From positions 30,193,003 through 30,253,087 of the forward strand of contig NC_057720.1 in the NCBI RefSeq assembly GCF_004010195.1: a stretch of DNA of 60,085 nt, written 5' to 3'. The position numbers and the translations under genes are program-made. This document shows, piece after piece, positions 39,403 to 53,350 of the stretch. The notes below the pieces were generated by a model. The model ran no database searches. It was not told the DNA's origin and was given only the letters and a program-made list of their open reading frames with translations. The number at the start of each line of letters is the position of its first letter. The first letter of the stretch is position 1. The DNA is from Chiloscyllium plagiosum (lineage: Eukaryota).

Positions 39403-40277
39403 CTGTAATAAAGAATACATACAGATTTGTAAAACATAAGTATTCCAGAAGTGATATACAAAAGTATGCTTCTGTACAACAATTTGTAATGCTGCATTAG
39501 GGTGCAGTGTCATCCAAATTTCTCTACAACATCCAAATGGAAAAAGTCACTGAGCAAGGGGCAAGAGATTATTAACTCAACTATTTATGCACCACCCACA
39601 ATGCCTGCTTCATCAGCTAAGAACAACTTGCTATATTCATTTTAGCCAGGTCTTGATCGATCAATTCAGTCAAACAGTGTACAGTATACTGCACCAGCAG
39701 AAATTGAGTAATGACAGCCATCGGATTTGCTAATATTGAGTGTAGACATTATCCAAAATTTCATAGTTTTCTAATCTTAATGATAAATTCTGAATTGTGG
39801 TACAGATATTAGTGGCAAAACAAAATAACTTCCTCAGTTTCACTTCTGAAATGGTATAACTGTCTGAAGTTGATGTAGCTCAGCGTTATCACTGATCCAA
39901 AATATTATATTTCCATTCACAATATAGAGGATCGAACACATAAAACTTAGGATGACACTTCAAAGCAGAACTGAAAGAGCATCACATTGTCAAAAGTTAT
40001 TGTCTGCATGAGAACTGAAACCAAAGGTCATCTTTCCCTCTGAAGCAAGCATAAAAGATTGTGTGATACAATTTGATGTAAACTGCCCTGTTTTGCATCA
40101 CCTTGGCAAACATTTCTCTCACAGAAACACCCGAAACAAGTAGTTCTGATCATCGATTCAGTCACTGTCTGTGGGACATTGCTGTACTATTTTCTTTCCT
40201 ACATTCTGAATATTTAATTAGATTTAAAGCACTTCTGAGTACCTTTCCTGATCTCACGATGCTATGTACATACACAT

Positions 40278-40578
40278 AGAGTCATAGAGATGTACAACAG
40301 AGAAACAGACCCTTTGGTCCAACCCGTCCATGCCGACCAGATATCCCAACCCAATCTCGTCCCACCTGCCAGCACCCGGCCCATATCCCTCCAAACCCTT
40401 CCTATTCATATACCCATCCAAATGCCACTTAAATGTTACAATTGTACCAGCCTCCACCACATCCTCTGGCAACTCATTCCATACACGTACCACCCTCTGT
40501 GTGAAAAAGTTGCCTCTTAGGTCTCTTTTATATCTTTCCCCTCTACCCTAAACCTATGCGCTCTAGTTCTGGACTCCA
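40278..40578 (-). mobile_element. CR1 3' end fragment
   Basis: RVVRVWNELPEDVVEAG and 3' tail. Confidence 0.88.
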
Positions 40579-41301
40579 TCTTGAACATTCTTACATTAAA
40601 ACACAAATATTGGAGACACACGCTTGTGAAAGGGAGAGAAGACATAGGCAGCATCTTTTGTGTAGATATTATCCCTTCATTGGAGGTGACTGTACAGTTC
40701 CAGAAAAAGCACCAACTCTCCAGATGAGAATGCGATGACTTGTCAAAACATAAGAAAAGCTGCAGAAAAAACCTAAATAGCTACCACTTTTCCTAATTTT
40801 ATTTTCTTCAGTAAGTCTCAAAACAACAAGTTATTTTACTTCCCTGTTTTATTTATAGAATATCTGAAAAAGAAGAGAATGCAAAGGCTACAGGAGGACA
40901 AGTTAAACCCTGGTTGGTTGTGACAAAAACCTGGAATGGAGACCAGGTTAAATAGTTTGTAAACGCATGATCAGGATAGCAGTCTAATTTTTAATCCTTC
41001 TGCGCTGTAAGCTTTAGTCATTCAGTAGCTGAACCTTGCTTACATATCTTACATTCCCAGATCAGGAAATGTTACCTAACTTATGAGAGAGAAAGGCAAC
41101 GAAAGAAAAACATAAGAGAAGAGATTTACATCATAAAATAAAAGCATGGATGCTGGAGATCTGATATAAAAATTGCACATGCTGGAGGAACCCGAAATCA
41201 TGGCTGAACTAGTTCTGAAACAATTATTAAGTTTTATATCCTGTCTTTAATCAAAGTAAATTATGTTCTATACAGAAAGCCCCAAACTGAGTGGTACACA
41301 C

Positions 41302-41513
41302 CTATACACCACGAGGGTCCATATCACCGCTATTAGCAAAACTCTGTACTTCTTGGGCACCAACAGGCATCCATGAATGAAGAAGGGAAAATGAATTCCC
41401 ATGATAACAGGAAATCCCTGAGTGAAGTACCAATGCCAAGGGTGAGAGCCGTAGAACGATCCCATGTTCTGAATCACGTTAAATTTGAGGAAATTCCATT
41501 GAACCATAACCCA
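41302..41513 (-). CDS. PIGB: PIGB exon 8 ([13 protein letters not shown]...[13 protein letters not shown]...VVY)
   Basis: 212 nt; CAG acceptor, GTGTGT donor; [10 protein letters not shown] motif. Confidence 0.96.
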
Positions 41514-42097
41514 CTGAAAGGGTAAAAAGCAAAGACAGACAGGAAAAAAATATACATTTGCAAATTATGATGTTATGGGGTTCTACATGGAACAAGATAA
41601 CAACATGGATTTAACCAACAGGAAACATGAAAGGCAAATATTTGAAGTAAATCTGCCCCAAAACGTTTTTCTTCAAAATTGAGGTTCTGTGTGAGGTTAT
41701 GAATCCAAAACAGTATCATTGAGGATTCATTATCTTACATTGATAACACAGTTAACATTCTGAAATTAAACAAATGAACATAACGGACAGGAAATTCTTC
41801 ACCAAATGTTCTTATTAACCAGCAGTTAATTCAAATGTTCGACTGGAAGAGATAAAACTTTGTTGAAATATATGTCCCAAGACAGAATTTTTAAAAAAAT
41901 TTAAGTTAAATTAAATCTATGAAACCAAAAAAAATAGGCACCAGATCTGTTAAAAATAAGATGCGCAGTGCATTACAAATGTGCTCCAAAAATAGGAAAG
42001 GTCAGGGATATAATACCATCTTGGCCACACTACAATAGTTGTGCACACTGCTCAACAGCAGCTTTTAAAATATCAAAAATATAAAAAGGTATCCTAC

Positions 42098-42149
42098 CTC
42101 ACCATAAAATATTCTGTCAATTGTCAGAGAAATTCCAAGCGTTAAGCAT
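42098..42149 (-). CDS. PIGB: PIGB exon 7 (CLTLGISLTIDRIFYGE)
   Basis: 52 nt; CAG acceptor, GTAGGA donor; IDRIFxG motif. Confidence 0.93.
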
Positions 42150-43729
42150 CTGTAAAATAAAAACAAATTAAATAAATCTGCATTGGGAAGTTTCATCAAA
42201 ATGAATCTGTCACACCAAAATGTCCTCAGGAGCAGGGTACGCATTTTCACCTGATTTCCCCACACAACTAACTTATGACTTTGACTGTGCCACCAGGATA
42301 CAAGAAAGAGAACTGCTTAGAATTATACAAATGCACGATAAAGTTTGGTAACAGTGTTACAACTAAAATGAGAGGAGTCTTTCTCTAGTCTGACTACTCC
42401 ATGGATCACAGTATAAAATGAATTGTCCTTATGGGAATCAGATAAAACAACCATCTGTTTCTTCACATTTGATTTGAAATATAAAGCGCTATCCACCGGG
42501 TTTCCTTAATAAGTACAAATTTATTGCTTTACCTTGATACAAAACCAGTGAACACACTTAGTTTGTAATATTAAGGTAGAAAATGTCTGACTGTCGAGAT
42601 ATTCCGTAACACACACAAATACATATGAGGGAAAGGAAAACAAAAATGAATTTCTCTCTGCAGTGATTTACTTCATTAAAAAATAACAAAAGCGCTTTTG
42701 ACCAATGAGCCCTCAGTTTGAAATGTTGAGATGGTGGTCAGTTTCGACATTGGAGCAAATATAGGTGGATGTTACTGAATACATGCTGTTGATTTTGGGA
42801 ACCTTTGCAGATACAATCATTCTCTCAGAGGTTTCTCACACGAGAGATTACTGCTTCAGATACTACACTAACTTACATAGACTCTTTTTCAGAAAGATGA
42901 TAGATGAATCGGGAAGCTTCACTCCAAATGCTGCAAACAACATTCAAAGCAGAAATTAGAGTCTGGTAGTCAAAATCCTGGCTGGTGATCGCTAGTGTTC
43001 CCTCTAATTTTGCTTCCCTTGCTTGCATATCCAAGGGCTCGGTGCAACAGCAACCTCCAAAAGTAGAAGTCATGTTGTGGCACAATAATTGGTTTGCATG
43101 GGACTTCCCAACTTAAACAGAATGTTGGTGATTTCCATTAGTCATGGAATTATCACAAGGTATATGACTACTAAGAAAGGCCTCATTAATAAAGTTCCAA
43201 TGTTCTTCATTGACTTCTTTTAAAAAGAAATCAAAGTTTCTTTACACAAAGAATGCAAAGAAATAACCCATACCAACAATCTTCTCTGTTCTGTTGTCTG
43301 GACAGTTAGACAAGGTTGCTCTGTTTAAAATAAAAAGTCTTTCAGGGATCAGGATAGTCCCTTATCTAGAGTTAAATGCATAACTGGCCCAGGTTGTCTC
43401 AAAACGTAGTTGCGGCAGTCCATGTAGGTGATGGGAGCTGTAATCCTTAGCATTCTTATGCAATGAATGATTTTAACAAATCCAAAATGAAATCCACATC
43501 CATTATCAGGGCTATCTGGAAGTCAAGTCCAGGGACGTTCAGGCAGAAGTTGAAGTTCTCAATATAGCATGAAAAAATATTTTAATTTGAGATATTGCTG
43601 GTGAATTACTTGTTGTTTCTACAAATGACACATTCCTGCCTAATCTCCCTCCACTTCACCAAAATGTACCTTGCATTTCTGGGTTATACTCCAAATTCAT
43701 TAAAGTCAGCCTAGGAGTGTGGACCCTAG

Positions 43730-44099
43730 GAGTGTGTTTTTGCTTAGCCTGTCCCAGGATAGATGTGTTGTCCCATTCGAAATGGTGGTTGTTTTTTCAT
43801 CCATGTGTACGGCTACGAGGGAGAGAGGGTCGTGTCTTTTTGTGGCTAGCTGGTGTTCGTGTATCCTGGTGGCTAACTTTCTTCCTGTTTGTCCTACGTA
43901 GTGTTTGTGGCAGTTCTTGCATGGAATTTTGTAGATCACATTGGTTTTTGTCCAAGACATGCCAGAGAATTCCTAGAGGCCTGGCACTCCAACCACAACA
44001 GCTTCGCTTCACTTGGAGGTTGCCACTGATGATGTTACCTAGCCAGGTAATGAAACGTCTGGATATCAAACCTACAGTCAGCGAGCAAACCTACACCCT
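43730..44099. mobile_element. Poseidon-like PLE fragment with inversion
   Basis: Minus strand NVIYKIPCKNCHKHYVGQTGRKLATRIHEH (GIY-YIG); plus-strand terminus carries a hammerhead. Confidence 0.85.
44023..44062 (+). ncRNA. Minimal hammerhead ribozyme of Poseidon-like PLE
   Basis: CCA-CTGATGA-T-GTTACC TAGCCA GGTAAT-GAAA-CG-TC-TGG; stems I and II can pair. Confidence 0.75.
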
Positions 44100-47000
44100 T
44101 CTTCTTTCCAACGAGAACAGACCCAAGTCGCTCCACCTTTCTCGTAAGACCTTCCCTCCAGACCAGGCAACATCCTGGTAAATCTCCTCTGCACCTTTGC
44201 CAATGCTTCCATATTCTTCCTGTAATGGGGCAACCAGAACTGTACACAATATTCCAAGTGCAGCTGGACTAGCGTTTTGTACAGTTGCAACACAACATTA
44301 CGGCTCCGGAACTCAATCCCTCTACCAATAAAACTTAACACATCGGATGCCTTCTTAACAGCAACCTGGGTGGCAACTTTCAGGGATTTATGCACATGGA
44401 GTCCAAGATCCCTCTGTACATCCACACTACCAAGAATCTTTCCATTGACCCAATATTCTGCCTTCCTGTTATTCTTCCCAAAGTGAATCACCTCACATTT
44501 ATCTGCACTGAACTCCATTTGCCACCTCTCAGCCCACTTCTGCAGTTTATTCAAGTCCCCCTGCAACATTCTTCCATGCTGTCCACTATTCCATTGACAT
44601 TAGTGTAATTTGCAACCTTACTAGCCAACCACATATGCCTGCATCAGAGTCATTTATAAAAATGACAAACAGCAGTAGTCCCAAAACAGCTTTGTGGCAC
44701 ACCTCTAGTAAGCGGGCTCCAGGCTACCATCAACCACCACTCGCTGCTTTCTTACAGAAAGCAAGTGTCTAACCCAAACTGCTAAATCACCCTCAATCCC
44801 ATGCCTCTGCATTTTCTCCACAACCTACCATGTGGAACCTTATCAAAGGCCTTACTGAAGCCCATGTACACCACACTAACTGCCCTACTCTCAGCCACGT
44901 GCTTGGTCACCTTCTCAAAAAACGCAATGAGATCTGTAACACACGACCTGCCCTTGACGAAACCATGTTGACTACCTGCAATCAAATTGTTACTTGCTAG
45001 ATGATTATAAATCCTATCTCTTATAATCCTTTCCAAAACTTTTCCGACAACAGGCGTAAGGATCATTAGCTGGGTCATCTCTACTGCCCTTCTTGAACAA
45101 GGTCACAAAATTTGCGATCCTCCAGTCCTCTGGTATGAAACTTGTAGACAATGACAACGCAAAGATCAAGGCTAAAAGCTCCAACATCTCCTCCCTAGCT
45201 TCCCAGAGAATCCTCGGATAAATCCCATATGACCCAGGAGACTTGTCTACTTTCACTCCTTCTAGAATTGATAACACCTCTTCCCGACTAACTCGATCCT
45301 TTCTAGTCTAATATCTCATTCTTCTCCTCTAAAATATTCTCCTTTACTTGAGTGAAAACCAATGAGAAATATTCATTTAGCACCTCTCCAATCTTCAGAG
45401 TCTAAACACAACTTCCCACTTCTGTCTTTGACTGGCCCTATTCCTACCCTAGTCATCCTTTTATTCCTCATATACCTATAAAAAGCTTTCAGGTTCTCCT
45501 TTATTCTACCTGCTAAAGACTGCTGATATTCTCTCTTTGCTCTTCTTAACTCTCTCTTTAAATCCTTCCTAGCTAATCTGTAACTTTCTAACGCCTCATC
45601 TGAACCCATCTCATCTCATTGTCAAATAACCCTCTTTTTTCCCCTTAACAAGAAATGCAATTTCTGTAGTAAATCACAGTTATTTACCTTATCATTTCCT
45701 CCCTGCCTGACAGGGACATAATTATCAAGGACACGCAATATCTGTTCCTTACACCAGCTCCACATTTCGATTGTCCCCATCCCCTGCATTTTGCTACTCC
45801 ATTCTATGCATCCTAAGTCTTGCCTAATCGCATTGTAATTGCCCTTCCCCCATCAAAAGTACATGCCACAGGCAAGAGTTAGTCCCTTTCCATTGCTAAA
45901 CTAAATGTAACTGAATCATGGTTACTCTTTCCAAAGTGCTCACCTCCACTAAATCAAACAACTGATCTGGTTCATTACCAAGCACCAGATCCAATGTGGC
46001 CTCCCCTCGTTGGCCCTTTGACATACTGTGTCAGGAAACCCTCCTGCACACATTGGACAAAAACTGATCCATCTGACATACTAAAGTTATAGCATTTCTA
46101 GTCAATGTTGGGGAAGTTAAAGTCCCTCATAATAACCACCCTTTTCCTTTCACTCCTACCCAGAATCGTATTGTCAATCCTCTCCTCCACGTCCCTAGAA
46201 CTCTGCAGAGGCATATAAAAATGACTTCCAGCAGTGTGACCTCTCCTCTCCGGTTTCTAACCTCAGCCCATACTACCTCAGTAGGAAAGTCCTCATCAAA
46301 AGTTCTTTCAGCCACCGTTATACTGTCCTTGACTAACAAGGCCACACCTACCCCTCTTTTACCGCCTTCCCTGTTCTTAATGAAAGATCTAAATCCTGGA
46401 ACCTGCAACATCCATTCCTCATCCTGATCTATCCATGTCTCCGAAATGGCCACAACATCGAAGTCCCAGGTACCTATTCATGCTGCAAGCTCACCTACCT
46501 TATTTTGGATATTTCTGGCATTGAAGTAGACACACTTCGAACCAGCTTGCTGTCTGCCAGCACATTCCGATGACCATGAAATCCTGTCCATGCCCTCCCT
46601 ACTCTCATTCTTCTCTGCACTGGAACTACACCTCAGGTTCCCATCACCCTGTTGAGCTGGTTTAAACCCACCCAGATAGTACCAGGACATTTCCCACCCA
46701 GGAGATTCGTACCCCCCTGGTTCAAATGAACACCTGTTTGTAGAGGTCCCACCTTCGCAAAAATGAGCCCCAATTATCCAAGTACCTGAAACCCTCCCTC
46801 CTGTACCATCCTGGCAGCCACATTTTCAGCTGATATCTCTATACCTTGCCTCGCTATCACATGGCACAGATTACAAACCAGAGATAACACCACTTTGTTC
46901 TAGCTCTCAGCTTCCACCCTAGCTCCCTGAAATCCTGCCTTCCATCCCTAACCCTTTCTACCTATGTCATTGGTACCTACGTGGACCACAACTCAGGGCT

Positions 47001-47630
47001 GGTCACCTTCGCCCTTCAGGACCCCAAAGACACAATCCAAGACATCATGGACCCTGGCACCTGGGAGGCAACACACCAACCATAAGTCTCATTCGTTCCC
47101 AACAAATCCTCTGAGCCTCTAACTATTGAGTCCCCAATGACTAACACTCTCCTCCTTTACCTCCTGCCCTTCTGTGCAACAGGGACAGACTCTGTGCCAG
47201 AGACCTGCAGCCCACTGCATGTCCCTGGCAAGTCGTGCGCCCCCCACAACAGTATCCAAAACGGTGTACTTGTTTTTCAGGGGATTTTCCTGCTCCTCAG
47301 ATGCTGCCTGAACTTCTGTGCTTTTCCAGCGCCACTCTAATCTAGTTTCAGGGGAACGACAACAGAGGACCGCTTTTTCCCTCTTCCCCCAGCGTTCTTC
47401 GTGCCTAGGAGTAACTGCTTCCCTGTAACTCTCATCTATCACAGCCTCTGCCTCCCAAATGATCTGAATTTCATCCAGCTCCTCTCCAATTCCTAACTTG
47501 GAGGAGTGAGAGTTGGGTGCAGTTCTTGCAGATGTACTTAGATGGGACACTAATGGCGTTTCTCATCTCAAACATCGTGCAGGAGGAACATTCCTCTCCC
47601 TGCACTGCCATCCCGGCTAGTCCCCTTAGG
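44100..47630 (-). mobile_element. Near full-length decayed CR1 LINE (ORF1 with Cys motif, endonuclease, RT)
   Basis: MAVQGEECSSCTMFE...YICKNC ORF1 start, YFNARNI/AISETW endonuclease and RT motifs; small PLE-terminus insert near 47285-47340. Confidence 0.92.
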
Positions 47631-47916
47631 AGAATGTAAAAAAAAGAGAAATTGTATTGCTTTACCATTAATCTTTACCCAGGTCACAGCCACACTGCTT
47701 CCAAATTGAAATTTTACAACTAATAACTTTGTGAATACTTTTGATCCTTTCTGTCCCAGAATAATCGCAAATCTGGCATAAAATGCATTTAGTTCCCAAT
47801 TGTAAAGTGAATTCAACAGCAAAAAACTTAAAATTGGCTCTGAAGCTAGTTTGTCTCAAGTTGTACGTGTCTCAACAGCTATCGAGTAAACTCCCCCCCC
47901 CAGTTCATGTACATAC

Positions 47917-48057
47917 CCAACCGGTAGACATTTGTACAAAAACAAGTCCAGTTTCTTCAGTTCCTGCCAGAAATGAAAAAATAGCAGCGGCAGCCAAAGG
48001 ATGACAGCAGTAGGACGCACAATGATTGCAAAAGCAATCAGAGCCAGATACTTTGAA
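47917..48057 (-). CDS. PIGB: PIGB exon 6 ([25 protein letters not shown]...LPVG)
   Basis: 141 nt; CAG acceptor, GTATGT donor; RPT motif. Confidence 0.95.
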
Positions 48058-48699
48058 CTGAAAAGCAAAAAACAAAAACAGAAAATGAGTTCTTGTGACA
48101 ACTACCTTCAAACATTACCACTAAACGAAACGACACTTCTATAAACACACCCTTTTCCGCCATCTTCCCTATTAAAAATAATAATTTCTCTATAGCAGGT
48201 TTTGCAGTGAGATCATTCGTTCATTGAGATTTCTACTTTCGCATTCTCTTCCCACATCTTTCATAATTTCCCACAGCCATCCCGGTCACTTTCCCTGGAA
48301 GAAATGACCGGCTTCATTAAAATATCTCCTTCTGTCTCTCTGCTGCTTCTCCTCTACTCACCCATCAGCTCTCAACAATATGAATTATGCAAAGATGTCA
48401 GCATTATATACAGAATCATCTACTGCATAACAGGTACTGTAATATGACAACCTTTTAACAGTAAGCAACTAAAATGTTCTACAAAAGACAGAAGGCATTG
48501 GTCTTCAAGTGAGGGAAAAATCAAAGGTGAACAAGTTTCATTAAATAAAACGTCTGACCTCTATCACCTCTCATAGGTGAGCAATAATTCAAGGAAATTT
48601 TAAAAAGGAGTTTAAAAAATATTTTTCAAGGAACTTCTATATTTTTTCCAAGACTTTTTGTGGGGGATTTAGGATGGGGAAAAAAAGTCACTGTTAACC

Positions 48700-49500
48700 T
48701 TGTCAGGAGATTAAAAAAAAGAACTGAACTCCATGGTCCCCAACCTTTTACTGGTAGGAACTATGATGTCAGGGAAAGGAAACCTTCATGAAGAGGCTGA
48801 ATTCAAGTCCTTATCCAGATTTTCATGTGGACTTTTACTTAGTTCACAAAATGTAATTACTTCATGTTGCCTGCAGAAAAAAAGTAGAAAAAGCTGCAGG
48901 TCGGGCTGGCTGAAGTGAAGGTCCAGTCCTTAAACCCAAACAGAAGTCATATATCAGGTTGCAAACAACTGGAAGGAGGATTTAGATGGTGTAGGGACAA
49001 AGTTTGGGGTGGGACTGCAAATAATTTAATTGGAAGAAACTTCTGTCTATGACAATTTATCAACATGAGAAGAGTCATGTGAGGTAGAGCTGCAGATCAT
49101 TAGCGTACACATGAATATTTTGGCTGTGCTTTCAAGTGATGTAACCAAGTAGTTGTAGTTGAGAAATATGAGGCCAAGGAATTATTCTTTGTGAACTATT
49201 ACCTTTCATGTCCTCAAACAGATGACATTGCAATTGATGTCGGGATACAGTTGGAGAGGCAAAACTGGATCAGGTGAGAGCTACCCCACTCAGCTGGACA
49301 ACACATGAGAGACATTGAAGAATAATGGTGTGATCAACCATGTCAAAACCAACAAACAGATCATGAAGGATGAAGACCGATCATTTGTCATCATCACAAT
49401 CACAACTCAGGCATACCCTGTGTAAATGGTATGGACAGCAAGCAATGGAAGAAAACAAAAATATGCATGGGAATGCATTTACCAAGGCCTGCACTGAGTT
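48700..49500 (-). mobile_element. Highly decayed L2-like LINE fragment
   Basis: Remnants resembling DTVDHTIILQCL and YANDLQLYL on the minus strand. Confidence 0.5.
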
Positions 49501-50054
49501 TTTAATGGCTTTAAACTCTAAATATTCAGCAAATACTATGGTTTTAACCCTTTTTCACCTCCTATCTATAAATTCGGGAGAAGGTTAACAACCACTTTCA
49601 GCATTACACCATTTCAAAGTGGATTTTGTCAATCTTTTTTTGAAGAATTCTCATAGAAGCCTCAGTTAAACATATCACATAATGAAGCAATCAATTTGTT
49701 TTGGCAAATAGCACAGAATACTCTTCTTAACTAAGTATTCTCACATAGGGAGAGAAACCTACTGTATTCATAATGTAGGACTTCACAGACCTACCCAAAA
49801 AATATCAATGGCTATATCTTCTCTCAATCTTTTGTATTGCCTATATATACACAGGTATCCAAAAGGTTCATCCATGCTGACTAGCTTCCAAAACAGAAAT
49901 TGCTAGTTGAAACAAGCTCATTATGACAATGATAATCAGCATTAATTGACATTTGTGTTATCCCTCTAAAGCTTTTCCTTCAAATTTTCTATGATTTTTC
50001 ATTCTCTCTCAAGCACAAAAAGATGCCTGTGAAGATATGGCTTAGAGGGCGAAC

Positions 50055-50176
50055 GTATGGACTGCAGATGCTGGAGATCAGAGTCGAGAGTGTGGTGCTG
50101 GAAAAGCATAGCAAGTCAGGCAGTATCCAAGGAGCAGGAAAATCGACATTTCGGGCATAAGCCCTTCATCAGGAAT
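50055..50176 (-). mobile_element. Solo PLE terminus with hammerhead core (50145-50172)
   Basis: CTGATGA-A-GGGC TTAT GCCC-GAAA-TG-TC followed by the family tail CAGCATCTGCAGTCC. Confidence 0.8.
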
Positions 50177-50376
50177 CAGGATACAGATTACAGGTGATAT
50201 TTAATAGCAATGCACAATAGCACTCTAAAAATGGGGTTAATTCACTTGTCAGCAGCGGTACAGATTTTATTCTATTCTGCATAGGAAGTGAGAAAAAAGT
50301 TCGGCACATGAAAACATGCTAACTTTGCAATAGCATTTTTAAGAAAATGCTTAGAATATGCAAATATTTTCCTAAC

Positions 50377-50507
50377 CTGTTCCCAGTCTTTGTACCCTGA
50401 AAAGGGTAGTAATAAAGTGTAAAGATGGTTAGAACCGCTTCCATACTATTTGTAATTGTCCGGGTGCTGCAATACCAGGTAAACCAAGAACATACCTGTG
50501 AAAAGTA
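50377..50507 (-). CDS. PIGB: PIGB exon 5 ([23 protein letters not shown]...YYPF)
   Basis: 131 nt; CAG acceptor, GTTAGG donor; SWFTWYC-TRT motif. Confidence 0.95.
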
Positions 50508-51326
50508 CTGGAAAATTTGTTTTTGTTAAGTACAGTATCAAAACTTGGAATTTAAGACAAAGTCTACATTTTAAAAAATGTTCTAAATACACAAAAAGTC
50601 AAGGTAGCAAATGATACATTGAAAGGAGTACTCTTATACAGTGAGCCACAAAAGTCAAGATGTTATTTGATGTTAATACATTTTATCCATCTTCCATTTT
50701 CATAGTCCATTACAACGATGCAATTTGTAATACCCTTTAGGCTGTGGATTACAGAACTTTCTAGATATCTGGATTGCAACTCCTTGTACAAAATTGGAGT
50801 TTTCTCCCTCTAAAATGGAGCCTTTAAGTTTTTACTTACAAATTAAAGTACAAAGGCAGATGTAAAATCAGGGTGGGCTGACATTGTGGACCTGGAATTG
50901 AGGATCATATTTTGAAGCACTGTAGACTTGGAGATAGTAGATAATAATGTAACAAAGCAAACATCTTCAAGGAATGGGTTTACTTTTAATACTTAGAAAT
51001 TATGAGCTTTTATCCAATTGCTTTAACTTGCATTCCCTTTCTCAATATTACACATTCTTGTCTAAGATTTATCTTGGTAATACCTTAAGTCAAAATCAAC
51101 CTCACTCTCAGAAGGATGCTCCAGTTCACTACTACTGCAAAAATGTATTAATGTGCTGAATGCTACTTTCTCATACCTTCAGAGCTTGTCACATAAAAAT
51201 TCTTTCACTTGTAGTCTCATCTTAAAGTCCAGAAATTTTTAAGGCAGAGTCAAAATGCGTTGGAAGAAGTTTTATCTTGCACTGTAAAAGCAAGTAAATA
51301 TGAAAGGACTCAAAAACTCTACTTAC

Positions 51327-51431
51327 CACCCACTTGGCAATTTCTGTGCTCTCGTGCTTCTTCATGATAGAATACAGTTTTACATCTGCCAGTGCTGCAA
51401 GAAGGGACTGGACTAATCGAGGAACCCAGAT
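51327..51431 (-). CDS. PIGB: PIGB exon 4 ([20 protein letters not shown]...AKWV)
   Basis: 105 nt; CAG acceptor, GTAAGT donor; clear PIGB similarity. Confidence 0.95.
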
Positions 51432-52699
51432 CTGCAAAACCAATTATGGCAGGATCGCTGGTCACAACAGAGTTTGTTGGATGGTAGACTGCCAATGTAA
51501 ATCATTGTTTATTTAGTACCATCCTGTCTCAATGGAGAAAAAAATTGTTCTTGCCCTCAATAAAAGCTATTGCTAGCAAAAGCACCAATGTATGCAAAAT
51601 TTACATTTTACAAAAAGTTGTGTAATCAGCATGTTTTCTACAAAATCTAAATTGATTCAATCTGCAGAAGCTTGCAGAATACAATGTAAAGGTGTGAATG
51701 AATGAGTCTGGCTAGTGGACTAAATATAGGACTGAAATAAAAGAATTCATTGCAGCCTATATGCATGTAATTTCACTTGCATAAGCCCTACTGCATACCA
51801 CAAAGACAGGATGGTACAAGAACAGAAACACTGGTCAATGCAAAACATTAAAAATAGTCTAGTCAAATTAACTCAGTTATTTCCTGTACCACTTATAACT
51901 TCTTTACTCTCGCCTCACTCCCATTACCAGTAGAATAAAGTATGCACACCTCTCAAAAGTGAAGAACTATATCCTCACACAAAGATATTAATTTTTAAAT
52001 TCCTTGTAAATATGGAAAAGGTTTGACAAAATGTGTGTCATTTTGTTTTAAATAATGTTCATGTTTTGCATTGTCAAACGACTATTTAAAATTGATTCAA
52101 GTTGTTTGATGACGATAGTGCAGTTGAAGTTAAGTATGAACTTTGTATAAAGACAATGGCAGCATATTGGCAGAAGTGTAAACAGAAAGCAGACAGTTGT
52201 CTTTTTGCAGATGACATAATATTAGAGATGAAATGAATGTGAAGAGGTTGGTAAGAGACTTCAGGAAGATAAACAATCTGAAGAAAAAGGCATTCACATG
52301 GCAGAGTAATGTGTTGCATTATATTTTAGGAGGATGAATGAGGACAAGTAAAATAAAACTGAATGGTATAGTTTTAAAGAGAACATGAGCATGTAAATTG
52401 TTGAAGTTGGCAGGACAAGTTGAAAATGCTATTAAAAATGCATTAGAACATAAACGTGTGGCCGCTGCCGTTTGGTCCCTTGAGCCGACATTGCCAGGAG
52501 TAGACCTCAGACAGTGTAGGAGAACCTACAGCAAATGAACTGCAGCAGTTCCAGTAGACCACATATCATCACATTTGCAAGGACAGTTAGGGGTGATCAA
52601 CAAACGCTAGCTGTGCCAGCGACACTCCGATTCCACGAAAGAGTCAAAAGCAAGGCCTCAGCTGGAATAATGTGTTCAAATCTGGGCACACTTTAGGAA

Positions 52700-53350
52700 G
52701 GTTTGTAGCTCAGGTTGAGGTTTAGGTTTAGGGTGTAACTTTGCTCGCTGAGCTGTAGGTTTGATATCCAGACGTTTCATTACCTGGCTAGGTAACATCA
52801 TCAGTGGCGACCTCCAAGTGAAGCGAAGCTGTTGTCTCCTGCTTTCTATTTATATGTTTGTCCTGGATGGGGTTGCTGGGGTTGGGGGCTGTGATGTCAT
52901 TTCCTGTTCATTTTGTGAGGGGTTGATAGATGGTATCTAGATCTATGTGTTTGTTTATGGCGTTGTGGTTGGAGTGCCAGGCCTCTAGGAATTCTCTGGC
53001 ATGTCTTTGCTTAGCTTGTCCCAGGATCGATGTGTTGTCCCAGTTGAAATGGTGGTTTTTTTCCTCCCTGTGTAGGGCTACGAGGGAGAGAGGGTCGTGT
53101 CTTTTTGTGGCTAGCTGGTGTTCGTGTATTCTGGTGGCTAACTTTCTTTCTGTCGGACAACCACTACGTAGGACAAAAAGGGAGAAAGTTAGCCACCAGA
53201 ATACACGAACACCAGCTAGCCACAAAAAAGACACAACCCTCTCTCCCTCGTAGCCCTACACAGGGAGGAAAAAAACTGATGATGTTACCTAGCCAGGTAA
53301 TGAAGCGTCTGGATAACAAACCTATAGCTCAGCGAGCAAAGCTACACCCT
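52700..53350 (-). mobile_element. Poseidon-like PLE, 5'-truncated with inversion, 12-bp TSD
   Basis: RKLATRIHEHQLATKRHD...REFLEAWHS...HIDLDTIY; TSD ACACTTTAGGAA at 52688-52699 and 53351-53362; inserted in an old CR1. Confidence 0.9.
52768..52807 (-). ncRNA. Intact minimal hammerhead, PIGB sense strand (intron 3)
   Basis: Identical to the 44023-44062 motif; the inverted partner at 53276-53312 has GAAA->GAAG. Confidence 0.75.

Noticed and set aside
52713..52735. Interstitial telomeric repeat (GGTTTAGGTTTAGGG)
   Set aside because: Only a few imperfect units, forming the tail of the Poseidon-like PLE.
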